DNA from: Basidiobolus meristosporus CBS 931.73
Taxonomy: Eukaryota; Fungi; Basidiobolomycota
DNA: 37,023 nt
Reading direction: 5' to 3'
Assembly (NCBI GenBank): GCA_002104905.1
Contig: MCFE01000776.1
Location: 1-37,023, forward strand
Notes under the pieces: generated by a model
What the model saw: the letters and a program-made list of their open reading frames with translations, nothing else
What the model was told of the DNA's origin: nothing
Databases searched by the model: none
Position numbers and translations under genes: made by a program
Shown here: one piece after another, positions 21,040-34,010 of the stretch
Layout: each line of letters starts with the position of its first letter
How positions within the stretch are numbered: position 1 is the first letter of the stretch

Positions 21040-23171
21040 AGTGAAAGTCCCGTGACTAAGAGGTACTGATCTTGTCAGGACACTGTCCAGAGACCAACGA
21101 AAAATAGTTGCACCCCAGATTTCACCAAAAACTTAGTCAGAATTTTTCATGACAACAATGTATAAGTGGCTTTTGATTGGTTCCCTGCCAATTTGCTGAC
21201 TTTTTGATCCTGGACACTCTATTACCTCCTACATCTGTGTAAATTGATTGGCTATTGCCTCTTTTTCACACTCCGTACTTCCTGACTCCACGTTTCTCTT
21301 ACTTTTCATGCATACAAATTGACTTATTTCCATTGAAACTTCAGTTGTACCTCAATTGTCAATTGTATTGACACATACAAGTCTCCATACCCTACACTAA
21401 CATTAAGCCCAAAACTACACTCAACAAGTAACTCTATTAAAATCCACCACTCAATAAGCATTTCTGCTGAAATGCTCTGGTACCACAACTTTGGTGGGAA
21501 CCCAACAGCTTTATACCACTGCTCATTCAATGGTTCCCACACATCCTGGTCTTCAGCTTGCACTGCCAAGTCTAGCTCCTCATCTGCCAGTCTTTGCAAT
21601 ATTACAGTGCATTTTCTTGAGCACTGCTGTTGAAGAAGTGCTGCAGCCTCTTGGTGTGCCTATTAATGTTCTAAAACTTCACTGAAGGCATTGTGATAGT
21701 CTTTCAGGCTCTTGATGTTGTAGCCTTGTCTGTCACTGGAATCTCCACTCTGTCAACAATGGAGGCTGTGGAGGCTGTAGTAGTTGAACTGCCTTTTTCA
21801 GTAAACTCAACTACCTAGCTGGAGTGTAGCTCAACTGGCTGCGCTTCCAACTCTTGTAAAAACAGCTGTTTTCTTGTTGGTAATTCCTCATGGCTATGAT
21901 GGGATTCATTCTGCTCCTGGCTTGTGGTGTTAATTGGCAAGAACTGCAGTTTTTTTGCATGCCTCCCTGTCTCAGGCTTGGGTAGACATTTTTCCCTTTA
22001 CCTTTTCCTTTATTACTGCTGGGTCCTTTGCTGCTACTTTAACAGGGTGCTTCTTGAGTGGTATTACACTTTTTCCTTGATATATGTTGTGCTAGTGCAT
22101 CCATGTCTGCCTGCTTGTCCCTAATTGGCACTCTTCCAGCTGCCTGATGTCTCTTTGACACTTGTCTGGAGCTTTTGGCTCTGCTTGTAACAGGCTCTTG
22201 AGGAGGCTTCTAGTTTTTAGCCATGGCACCCTTATTCTTCTGCCTTTGATAGTTTCTGTTATTTTTGAGATACTTTCTTAGCATTCCAATGCTGGCCCAA
22301 AATCTGTTTGCCCATTTGAATCCAGAATAAAGCTCATCAAACAAGTCAAGTGCATTCTGCTTGGCCTTGAGTTCCTGATGGTCCCATGGTATGCTGGCCT
22401 TAAGGTGATGGCGTGCTACTCTTCTGATGGCCTCTTGTATATTAGCCTGCTCTTCATTATTGCACTCAATGGCTTCACAAATCTTCAATGTCTTTTGATT
22501 TTGAGGCTTTGATATAAACACCACATTGTCTCCCTCCCATGCTGTGATAGGTCTTTCTGTGTGCTTTATCTTTGTGCACTGTTGTTTTGCTTCAAAGACT
22601 GTATGGTGTTCCTCTGCTGTTACATTGGGAAATGGCTCAATTCTTGGCTGTGACATTGAGCTACTTGAGTTTCTTCTTTGCAGCAAAGATACTGCTTTAT
22701 CTACCTGGGATATTGATTGCTCTACACATATTATCTGCTCATCCTGTTTCTGCACTATTTCCTGATTCCTCTGGGCCATTGCATCTATCCTGTCAGTCAC
22801 TGCACCTAATTGCTTCATCAATGCTTTGGTATGAGCTGACAACATACTTGCTAATATGGGTGGTGGCAATGTTATCATGGCCACTTGCTGATCTTCAACT
22901 GAGGGTACTGTGTTTGCTACATTCTCATCTGCCTGAGAATAACGGTCAGCTTGTGGCTCCACAGAGGTTCTCCATTGCCTACTTGACTGAGAGCCTGAGG
23001 AGTCCACATTATTACCTTCAATGGGCACACTGTCCACAGGGCCTTTTTTGGATGTAGCCCTGCTTGTTGCACTGAATGTCAAAGCAAACTGTTGTCCAAT
23101 TGTTCTTCTGTTGCCATCAGCAGTGGGGTTTGGTTGAGAACCAGACAACTTTGCTTTATTTTTGGTGGCAT
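21040..23171 (-). pseudogene. Accessory ORF, copy 2 (single repeat unit)
   Basis: ORFs 22210-23190 and 21324-21599 are close homologues of copy 1; the homologous ATG is at 23171. Confidence 0.85.
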
Positions 23172-23392
23172 ATATATGGAAGTGCATCAAACCAAAGGGG
23201 AAATAGTGTTACATATACATGTGTATGTGGTGCCACAACTTTATTTATAACCCTTACTATGGCGGGTGATCATTTAATCTTACATTCATGTAGGTGAAAT
23301 GTCTCAAATACAAGACTGTCTTAAGCTCACATGAGTATTGACCAAAAAGTGATATAATAGCATTACGTTGCTGAAGGTCAAATGTTTTCTCC

Positions 23393-25750
23393 ATGGACAA
23401 GACTACTTTGACTCAACACTGTAAGAGAAGAGAAAAAGGACCATGTGGCTATTGTGGCAAGCCTCTCAGCCATGAAGCACGCAGACAGCACAGGAAGTAT
23501 TACAAGGATCATGGCCAGTATTTTGCCACCCAAGTCATACTTGACCATTCATTGGTCACTACTGTACCAACATTATCTTGCCAGCCAGTTGATACTTCTA
23601 TATTGCCACCTGGCTGTCTTTGTCACCTTGCGCAAACTGAGTCATGTGAGTTTGTGATGCCTTGAGGCTCACCTCAGCCTTCTGAATATGCATGCAGAGT
23701 GATAGCTCTGACAAAGAAGGTTCACTGATGGATTTTGAGCCTATCCCCCCAAACAACAGTACCACATATAAGCCCGGTGAAATCCCTATATGCAATGAGA
23801 CAACACCCGTTGAAACAAATGCCAAGGATACTTTATGGAGCCAAGTGAGCCCAGTAATCCATCTACTGGTGAATGATGTAATGTTGTGGATAGAGATGTG
23901 GTGTGTTGCCACTAATATCAGTAGTGGGGGCTTTGAGGATTTATTACTACTTCTTGCCAAAATCATTTCGGGATACAACTTACCATGTACATGGTACAAG
24001 TAGACAACCATCATGCAGCTGGCAACATATGATCCAAAGACTGTCCTGATTCCAGCATGTGTCAACAGTTGCATGGCATTCACATCCAAAAATGCTACCA
24101 TTGCAATGTGTCCAAACTGTCAGGAATGCACTACCATTCAGGGAGAACATTGTTCACACTCCAGATAGACTCCAGTCATACCCTGTCTCAGGAAGCTCAT
24201 GCAGCGCATATTATTATCTGCATTGGAGATACCCCAGCCATCAGCAGGATAGCAGGTTTTTCTGGGTACAATGGACCGTATTGCTGTCAAATGTGTGAGA
24301 TCCAAGGGATAAAATCCATTACTCAAGCACATTGTCAATACTCAGGCACCAGCACTAAGAACATCATCTTCCCACAGAGAGAATGTACAGAAGTAAGCAT
24401 GCAATTGCGGCAAAGCTGGCAAGCTATAAGCCATTGGCCAGAATATGGAATCAATTGAAAACTGGAGATACTCAAGATAGAGAGTAATTGTTGGAGCAAA
24501 AATGTTCCACTGGCAGCAATGCATTTGCTTTCAACAATATCCCTATACTGATAACCAAGTTGTACATGGTGCATTTCAAGCAAAATGAGCCCTTTGAGAT
24601 ACCAGAGAGATTTGAAAGAATTGGCAAGATATTACAGAGTATCCGCTACCCTAAGTACTTCTCATGTGCTCCAATCAATATTCATACTCATATGCAACAA
24701 TACAAACACAAAGACTGGATGAACTGGATATGTATTTATTGAAGCGGTGTTCTGAGGCCATTCCTACCAAGAGTACATTGGAGGCATTGGGAGTCACATG
24801 TGGACATCATAGGAATTTTTATCCAGAAGCAGATCACCAATGCCACTTGACACATCTACAGCTGTTGTGTGAGGAGTTTGTAACAGGATTTGAGTGGCTA
24901 TATTACAAACATAAAGCTGAACAGGTAGATCTCTGTCACTACTGTATGCACTGCTACTCCATCTTGCATGGTGCATTGCAAATATTGGACCTTCCTTCAC
25001 CTTTTGGGAGGTCCCTATTGGAGCAGATGTGTGGGGAGATAGGAAGACAAGTAAAGGTGCAGGTACTACCATATCCCATTTGCATCAAGAATATTACCTT
25101 CAAGTCTGACATGGATGTGATGTGTAGGCACATGGAGGACAGCTAGGAAGAGTTGGAAAACACCTATGCCTATGGTATTAAGAAGCTAAGCAGCCCCAAT
25201 GAGTGGGTAATCAGCTAAGTAATGCAAAGTTGGGTTGGGTGCAACAAGCAACTAATTTTTATCAGGAAAACTCTACCAAGGTATGCCAGATTTCTCATGG
25301 TCACAGGCCAACTTCTACACCATTTAGTACAGAATTCACAGAAACAAGAGCCAGCACGCACCTATAAGGGGGGCTAGAATCCAGCAGAGAGTAGGAATAT
25401 ATTGGCTAAATACCAAGATGTTCTTTGTGGATATTCAGGAGGTTTTCATGGCAGAAGTGGCAACAACCAAGCATCTGTTTGCAAGATGTTTATGTTACTA
25501 GCAATGCAAGGTATATGGCAACTTTGCAAGCATCTTACTAAAAACCCGTAAAGTTGAGGTGGTAGAAGTATGTCAATTGTGGCAGGTGTATGTGTTTGTA
25601 GAGGTTAGTAAGCAGGAGTTCATAGTTTCTTTTGATTCAAACTATATGTGGAAAACCCAAGGTAGTAGTGGTAAGCAAATAGAGAGGGGTGATTCTACAG
25701 TGGAATATATGAGTTGCACAAGGGGAGGTAGAAAAAGGAAATACCGTTAG
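23393..25750 (+). pseudogene. CACTA transposase, copy 2, with internal deletion
   Basis: MDKTTLTQHCKRREKGPCGYCGK...; RKLMQ is fused directly to AHIIICIGDTPAI at about 24204; C-terminal part ends RKRKYR. Confidence 0.9.
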
Positions 25751-25794
25751 GTAAGTTGGTACAGTAGCATTATACAGAACCAACTGTAGGCTGT

Positions 25795-26517
25795 TGTAGG
25801 GGGTGACAGTGACACCCACTGACAGATGTGCTCATTCCCATATTTTCTACTTCCCTATATCTCTACTACACTTATTTTAGTTTTATCCCATTTGTCTTAA
25901 CTGATCAGTACTATTCCATAAGCTGGTTGACTATCACACCTGCTTACCTTATTACATAAGTTATCCCTCACTTTATGTAAGATTACTAGCTGTAAGTGCT
26001 TCTATATTAGGCAATTACCAGCGCCAATACCCATGACACATGATTGACCCATGTTACCATCCCTACCATTTCCATATCATATATGGTATCCCTATGTTAC
26101 ACAGGTTTCAAAGTACTGATTTCTGATTGGTTAGATGTGCTGTGCCTTTTAGAGCCTTCTGGCACCTACATTCATAAGTCATTCTGATGTCATTAAGATT
26201 TCTATTGATATCCAGAACCTTTTGGAACACCACAATTAGTAATCACTTGAACAGTAAGAAAAGTACATTGTCATCTCAAAGGGCGCTGAACCCAGCACAT
26301 ACTTTTGTTAAGATGCCAACTAAGTTGGGAATTTTAGCTCAATGATTTTCCCTTGACAAGCTTGTGGCTTTAATCCCCATCATATTAGATTAGAGACAGA
26401 ACCCAAGTATTCCTAGCAAGCTTTTGCCAGAGGTTATTGCACCCAGTGAACACCCCGCACACAAAACACTTGAGAAGTGTTGGATGTATCTCACCCTTGG
26501 ACCTATACACCACCACC
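25795..26517. mobile_element. Solo LTR, family X, short variant (723 bp)
   Basis: TGTAG start; end ...CACCACC (terminal A changed to C); flanks CTGT/CCAT; host CMC sequence rejoins. Confidence 0.88.
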
Positions 26518-26879
26518 CCATCATACTGCCAATGTAATGCCACTAGAGTCTTGCTGTGAGGCCTTCAAATACCATCAAGTGTCTTGCCTTATTGGGCAAT
26601 TGGATGTCCCAGCTGGTTGGATTCACTTAAAATAGTTGTAGAGCGCTAAAAGACCGTCACAATACCATGTAATATTTGTCTCACCACAAATTGAATCTTG
26701 TCAAGTTTTATCCCTTTATTTGGCATTAAAGTTGGCAGAGCACCGTCATGATCCCTTTATAAGATTGCTAAGAGGGTCACTAATTCCAAGCTCCTGGTAT
26801 TATGATGGTCTCTAAATGGGATCCTGATGGCTGTTCTGGATTGGATCCACCTGCAGGACCAAATTACTTTTCATAGATT

Positions 26880-29040
26880 TAATTTTGATTATCTGCTCAA
26901 AATAATCAGAGATCAGCTAATTTCCAGAGTAGAGATTGCTCTCCCAGCTAATTTGTTGCACTGTGAAGCCAGCATATATGGAAAACAAGTCACAAAACTG
27001 TTCTAGAGCTCTGGGTCAATCAAAACTAAGAAAGAATTGGATTGAATTCACTCAGATTTATGTGGACCTATGCAAAATTTATCCTTAGGTGGGATGAAGT
27101 ATTTAATCCCTTTACTGACAATTACACATGATACACATGGGTCTACATCATGGAGAGAAAGAAAGAGCCTCTGTCCAAGCTCAGGGAGTTTAAAGCCATG
27201 GTGGAGAGAGAAATTGGTGAAAAAACAAGAAAATATGCCCTGACAATGGTGGAGAATATAACTCAGAACTCTTCATCCATTTCTGCAAGATTTGTGGGAT
27301 AAAGCAAGAGACTACTGTACTACACTCCCCATAGAAAAATGAAGTGGCAGTATGTGCAAACAGATTAATAATTGATAAGGCAAGATTCATGATCCATGAT
27401 CAAAATTATCCTATGATTTTTGAACAAAACCAGTGGCCACAACTGTGTACCTTAAAAATAGGATTTATAACAAAATACTTTGTGATTCTACTCCATTTGA
27501 AGCATAATATGGATACATACCAAGTCCAGAACATCCAAGAATACTTGCGTGCACAGCATATGCCAAGAAACTGCCTGCAAATCAGTCAAAATTTGAACCA
27601 AAAAGTGTGATATGCATATTTTTGGGCTACTACAATGAGAGTAAAGCATACAGACTCTACAGTACCAAAGCAGAGAAGCTGATCAAGACTAGGGATGTGC
27701 TGTTTGATGAAAACTTAAGATTCTTACAAAATATGACATCAGATGATGACAAATATCAAATCTCATGTCCACCTATTGTCCGAATTGAGTCAGAGAAAAA
27801 CAATGAAAATTTTTTCACTCCAGAGGACTTAGCAACCATGGTTCAGCCTGAATCAGTGCCCAGAAATATCCCTGAAGTGCTCATTTCCGTACCAATCACC
27901 TGGAGATCCGGCCACACAAGAAGTAGTCCAAATTGTGAGTACTCAATGTAGTACCCACTCTTTGCCCAAGAGTTCTCCCAAGAGTTCTCTCCAGAGTCCT
28001 ACCCGAAGTCCTCCAGTACCCTCCCTATGATTCCCCCACATGTCCTCCCCTCCTATCCCTGCCCTTATCTAGTTTGAACACTTACCATAACAGGAAGGTG
28101 TTCACACCCCTATTTTATAACACATTGGCTATTGTCTAAGCCCCCCCAAGTGATATATATATCTACCCAAATGAACCAGGAAGAACAACAAGATTTGGAC
28201 GAAATAAACAGAAGTCTTTATTACCTTGCTACCTTCTATCGGAAGCTATTCTGAACCAAGTGGTACTGACTTGACCTACAAGCTCTCCCACTCACCAAGT
28301 ACAGTCAGTAATAACCCACACAAATCACTATTTCAATGAGGGTACAAACTTTGCCTATGCCTATTCAGTACATATTGATGAGCCCCAGTCAGTAAAAGAG
28401 GCCCTAATTAGCCCTCTGACACATTTTAGGAGATCTTCAATGACTGAGGAATATTAGGCTCTAATGAAAAATCTAGCTTAGGACTTGGTCAAATTACCAA
28501 ATAAACTAATAATTAATTGGATGCAGATGGATCTTTAAGACAAAATACAAGGCTGATAGTAAAATTGAGGATATAGAGCAAGATTTGTGGTCAAGAGATA
28601 CTCTCAAACAAAAGTACCTGACTATACTGAGACCTTTGGACTGGTGGCCAAGTTTAATTCCATCAGATTAGTATTGGCTATTGTAGTCTAATATAAGCTT
28701 TTTATTCATCAGATGGATGTAAAACCTGCATTTTTGTACAGAGAACATGCTAAGGAGATATATATGGACTAGCCTGATGGGTTTGCTGACCAAGATAATC
28801 CCCATTTGATCTGCAAGCTTCTAAAGTGTCTATATGGACTCAAAAAATCACTAAGAGCCTGGAATTACAAAATAGATTCTTATTTGGAATCTTTAAGTTT
28901 CAAAAGGAGTATGCTGACTGTGGTATATACTATAAGCCAGATAGAGCAAGTCCAGCTCTACTAGCGCTATATGTTGATGATCTTATTATAGTACTAATAA
29001 CCTTGCAGCATGGGAAGAGATTAAATCAAGCCTATCTAAG
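26880..29040 (+). pseudogene. Ty1/Copia pol fragment (integrase to RT)
   Basis: IHSDLCGPM; CIFLGYYNESKAYRLY; DEPQSVKEAL; HQMDVKPAF; ALYVDDLII. Integrase-before-RT order is Copia-type. Confidence 0.92.
27947..28280. repeat. LTR-like insertion in the Copia integrase-RT linker
   Basis: TGTAG...CTACA inverted ends, internal TATATATA and AATAAA; no matching TSD. Confidence 0.5.
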
Positions 29041-32000
29041 CCCTATGAAATATAATTTGGTCCCACAGGTGGATCCAATCTGGATCAGCCATTAAGATCC
29101 TGTCAAGCAACTGCTATAATACCAGCAGCTTGGAGTTAAGGACCATCTACACAATCTTGTGATGGGATCACAATGGCAAATTACTAATTTTACAGCCAAG
29201 TAAAATTGATAAGATATAATGGTGTTTGTACAGTGTTTTGCCAAAGGTGGCATGGCATTATTACGGTCTTAGTGTGCTTTACAATTATCTGAGTGAACCT
29301 TACCAGCCAGTACATCTGATTGCCTTATATGGCAAAATACTTAACAGTGTTTTGATGGCCTCTTTGCAAGCCTCTGATGGTATTATCATGGAAGTATGGC
29401 AGCCTACAGCTAGTTCTGTATAATGCTACCATACCAATATACCAAATGGTATTCCCTTTTTCAACTCCCCTAGTGCAATTCATATACTCTACTGTAGACT
29501 CACCCTCTTTCTTTGCTTACCAGTCACTAATTTGGGTATTCAACATACAGTTTGAATCAGAAGATACTATGGCCTCCCGCTTACTAACCTCTACAAATGG
29601 GCACACCAGCTGCAATTGACATACTTATATCACCTCAACTTTACGGCTTTTAGTAAGATACTGCAAAGTTGCCATACACCTTGTATTGCTGGTAACATAT
29701 ACATCTTGGAAACATATGCTTGGTTGCCGCCACTTCTGCAATGAATACCACCTGAATATCCACTAAGAACTTTTTGCTATTTAGCCAACATATTCCTTCT
29801 CCTAGCTGGATTCTGGTCTTCCCTATAGGTGTGTTCTGGTTCTTGTATGTGTGAATTCTAAATTTAATGGTGTAGAAGGCAGCATGTGATCAAGAGGAAT
29901 CTGGTATACCTTGGTAGAGTTCTCCTATTAAAAATTAGTTGCTTGTTGTACCCAACCCAAATTGTATTACTTAACTGATTATCCATGCATTGGGGCTGCT
30001 TGGCTTTGTAATGCTATAGACATAGGTGTCTCCATGTGCCATCTGTCCTAAGTATTCTCCAAGTCTTCCTGGCTTTTCTCCATGTGCCAACTCATCACAT
30101 CCATGACATACTAGATGGTAATATTCTTGATGAGATTGGGATATGGTAGTACCTGCACCTTGACTTGTCTTCCTATCTCCCCACACATCTGCTCCGATAG
30201 GGACCTCCCAAAAGGTGAAGGAAGGTCCAATATTTGCAATGCACCATGCACAATGGAGTAGTAAATGGATACAATAGTGGCAGAGATCTACATGTTCAGC
30301 TTTATGTTTGGAGTATAACTGCTCAAATCCTGTCCCAAGCTCTTTGCACAAAAGCTATAGATGTGTCAAGTTGGCACTGGCAATCTGCCTCTGGATAAAA
30401 ATCCTGCAATGTCCACATATGACTCCCAATGCTTCTAATGTACTTGTGTTAGAAATGGCTTCAGAAGGCCACTTGAATAAATACAGATCCAGCTCATCCA
30501 GTCCTTGCATTTGTATTGTTGCATATGCGTATGAATATTAATTGGAGCCCGTGAGAAGTACTTAGGGTAGCAGATACTCTGTAATATCTTGCCAATTCTT
30601 TCAAATATCTCTGGTATCTCAATGGGCTCATTTAGCTTGAAATGCCCCATGTACAACTTGACCATCAGTATAGGGATAATGTAACAAAGCAAGTGCATTG
30701 CTTCCAGTGGAAAGCTTTTGCTCCAACAGATACCCTCTATCTTAAGTATCTCTGGTTTCCAATTAATTCCATACTGTGGCCATTGGCTTATAGCTTGCAA
30801 ACCTTGCTGCAATTGTGTGCTGACTTATGTATATTCTCTCTGTGGAAAAATGATGTCCCTAGTGTTGGTGTTTGGGTAATAATAATGTGTTTGAGTTATG
30901 GTGCCCAGAGAAGCTGGCTTTCTTACTGATGGCTAGGGTATTTCCAATGCAGAAAATAATATGCACTTTTACACAACAGCCACTTAATGTTGTCCAGCTG
31001 GGCATCATACAACATTCATACAGCAATGGATACAGGTAGCTATACAGATTGGACGGTAATTTAGTCCCATATACCAGTGAAACTGGCATCAGATTTTGGC
31101 ACTGGTACCATAAGATAGGCAGCAGATTCAGGTTGATGAGAGTCAGTGGCCAGCAGTATTTGCTGGTAGAGTACATGTTTAATGAGAATTCATCAAGTGC
31201 CAAGGCAGGGGCATGGTTATACATACCTTCAAAGTAGTCCTTGCTTCTTAGTTGTTTGTAATGATTGCCATCAAATATTTCTGATGTGTTTGTGCTTGAT
31301 TGATACTGTGTGTGGTACCCTAGCTACAAAATATTTGTTGAACTGCATGAGCTTCTTTATATGAGGTATTACTGGCATATATCTGCAGTGTGAACAATGG
31401 TTTCCCCCAGTGGTGGAGGATTCATGACAAGTTAGACACCTTGCAGTGGAGGCATTCTCTGATGTGAACACCATGCAACTGTTAACAAATGCTATTATCA
31501 GGACAGTCTCTGGGTCACATTTTGCCAGCTGCATGATGGTTTTTTATTCATACCATGTACATGGTAAGTGCATCCTGCAATGATTTTTGCAAGAAGTAGT
31601 AGTAAATTCTCAAAGCCCCCATTACTGATATTAGTAGAAATGTGCCACTTCTTTGGCCACAATATCACATCACTCACCTTTAGATGAATTACTGGGCTCA
31701 CTTGATTCCATAGAGTATCCTTGGCATTTTTTTTCCACAGGTGTTGTCTTATTGCATAATGGGATTCTGTCAGGCTTGTGCAGGGTACGGTTGTAAGGGA
31801 AGATAGGCTCACAATTCACCAGTAAGCCTGCTTCCTCAGAGCTATCACTCTGCATGCCATATTTGGAAGGCTGGGGTGAGCCTAAAGGTGTCACAAACTC
31901 TCCTGACTCAGTTTGTGCAAGGTGATAAGCATAGCCAAATGCTGTTATAGAAATATCAAGTGGCCAGCAAGATATTGTTAGTACAGTAGTGACTGGTGAA

Positions 32001-33509
32001 TGGTAAAATATGACTTGTGTGGTAATGCACTGGCCATGATCTTTAGAATACTTCCTATGCTCTCTGTGTACTTCATGGCTGAGAGGCTTGCTACAATAGC
32101 CACATGGCTGTTTTTCTCTTCTTTTATGGCATTGAATTAAAGTAGTCTTGTCCATGGGGCAAACAGTTTGAGACTCAACAACATACTACTGTTATATCAC
32201 TTTATTGGTAAGTACTCATATGAATTTAAGATAGTTTTGTGATTGAGACATTGCACCTACATGAATGTAAGATTCAATGGTGACCTGCCATAGTAAGCAT
32301 TATAAATAAAGTTATGGCACCTCATATACACATATATATAACTCCATTTCCCGTTTGGCTTGACTCACTTCCATATATGTGCAGCCAAAAAATAAAGCAA
32401 AGTTGTCTGATTCCCAACTAAACCCTACTACTGACAGCAGCAGAAGAGTGGTTGGACAGCAGCTTGCTTTGACATTCAGTGTAGCATGCAGGCCTACAAG
32501 CAAAAAAGGTCCTGTGGACAATGTGCCCACTGAAGGGAATAATGCAGACTCCGCAGGCTCTCTGTCCAGTAGGCAATTGGCAATCTCTGCAGAGCCACCA
32601 GCTGACCATATTGCTGAGGCAGATGAAAATATAGCAAAAGCAGTACCTTCAGTGGAAGACCAGTAAGTGGCTGTCATAACATTACCACCACCTATATTAG
32701 CAAGTATGTTGTCAGCTCATGTCAAAGCATTGATGAGGCAATTAGGTGCAGTGGCTGATGGGATAGATGTACTGGCCCAGAGAAGCCAGGAAACAGTCCA
32801 GAGACAGAATGAGCAGATAAAAGGTGTAGATCAATCAATATCCCAGGTAGATAAAGCGGTATCTTTGCTGCAAAGAAGGAACTCAAGTAGCTCAATGTCA
32901 CAGTCAAGAATTGAGCCATTTCCCAATGTAACAGCAGAGGAACACCGTACAGTCTTTGAAGCACAACAACAGTTCCCAAAGAAAAGCCCACAGAAAAACC
33001 TATCACACCATGGGAGGGAGAAATTTAGTGTTTGTACTAAAGCCTAAAAATCAAAAGATATTGAAGATCTGTGAAGCAGTTAAGTACAATGATGAAGAGT
33101 AGGCTAACATTGAAGTTTAGCATTTCATCACCTTAAGGCCAGCATATCATGGGACTATCAGGAACTCAAGGCCAAGCATAATGCACTTGACTTGCTCCAT
33201 GAGCATTATCCTGGATTCAAACAAGCAAATGTTTTTTGAGCCAGAATTGGTATGCTAAGAACATATCTCAAGCATAGTAGAAACTGTCAAAGGCAGAAGA
33301 ACAAGGATGCAATGGCTAAAAACCAGCACTTCCTCAAGAGCCCATTACAAGCCAGGCCAAAAGCTCCAAACAAGCATCAAAGAGGTGTCAGGTAGCTGGA
33401 AGAGTGCCAATAAGGCAAAACCAGGCAGACACAGATGCACCAGTGCAACATTTACCAAGGAAAAAGTGTACTTCTACTCAGGAAGCACTCATTCAAAGTA
33501 GCAGTGAAG
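29041..33509 (-). mobile_element. CMC/CACTA copy 3, right-truncated
   Basis: Starts CCCTATGAAATATAATTTGG; transposase pseudogene on minus (ATG 32155); accessory ORF on plus (ATG 32379), cut off at about 33509. Confidence 0.9.
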
Positions 33510-33818
33510 CCATATGATGAAGTAAGCTGTTTAAAAATTTAGGTATAAGTCAAAAAATGCCTATTACTTTGTTTCAAGATAATCAAGGATGTATACAATT
33601 AGGTAGAAATCCAACTTTTCATGCTAGAACCAAGCACATAGATATTAGACATCACTTCATACGATGAAGCTATAGAGAGTAACTTAGTCTAACTTAGCTT
33701 ACTGTCCTACAGATGAAATGATTGCAGACATATTTATCAAACCATTAGCTAGAGACAAGTTTGACTATCTTAGGTCAAAATTAGGACTAGTCATTAGGAG
33801 CATTCAGTTGAGTGGGAG
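33506..33818 (+). pseudogene. Ty1/Copia RNase H 3' fragment with PPT
   Basis: EAI**SKLFKNLG...DNQGCIQLGRNPTFHARTKHIDIRHHF...DEMIADIFIKPL; PPT AGTTGAGTGGGAG at 33806-33818. Confidence 0.92.
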
Positions 33819-34010
33819 TGTTGTAAAAATTTGGAATTCCACCTAAATATTCACCCAACTGAGTCACTTGGATCATTACCTTCAAATCCTAGAGAATACT
33901 GACCAAATTCCTTGTCAGGATTTACTTAGAATATTTACCCAGAACATGAAAATTAGATAAGTTGTCCAAACAGCCCCAAACTTTGCACACATGTAAAGCC
34001 CTTGCAACAT
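33819..34010 (+). repeat. Copia 3' LTR (partial)
   Basis: TGTTGTAA directly after the PPT; related to 5654-5930. The right boundary is uncertain. Confidence 0.7.

Larger units (their letters stand above)
20994..26878 (+). mobile_element. CMC/CACTA copy 2, inverted relative to copy 1, both ends present but decayed
   Basis: Left end CTCTATGAAAAATTATTGAGATG; right end TTACTTTTCATAGAT. No TSD, and the two flanks come from different retroelements. Confidence 0.9.

Noticed and set aside
28023-28030. CCCTATGA as another CMC end
   Set aside because: No further match to either end; lies in a C-rich LTR-like insert.
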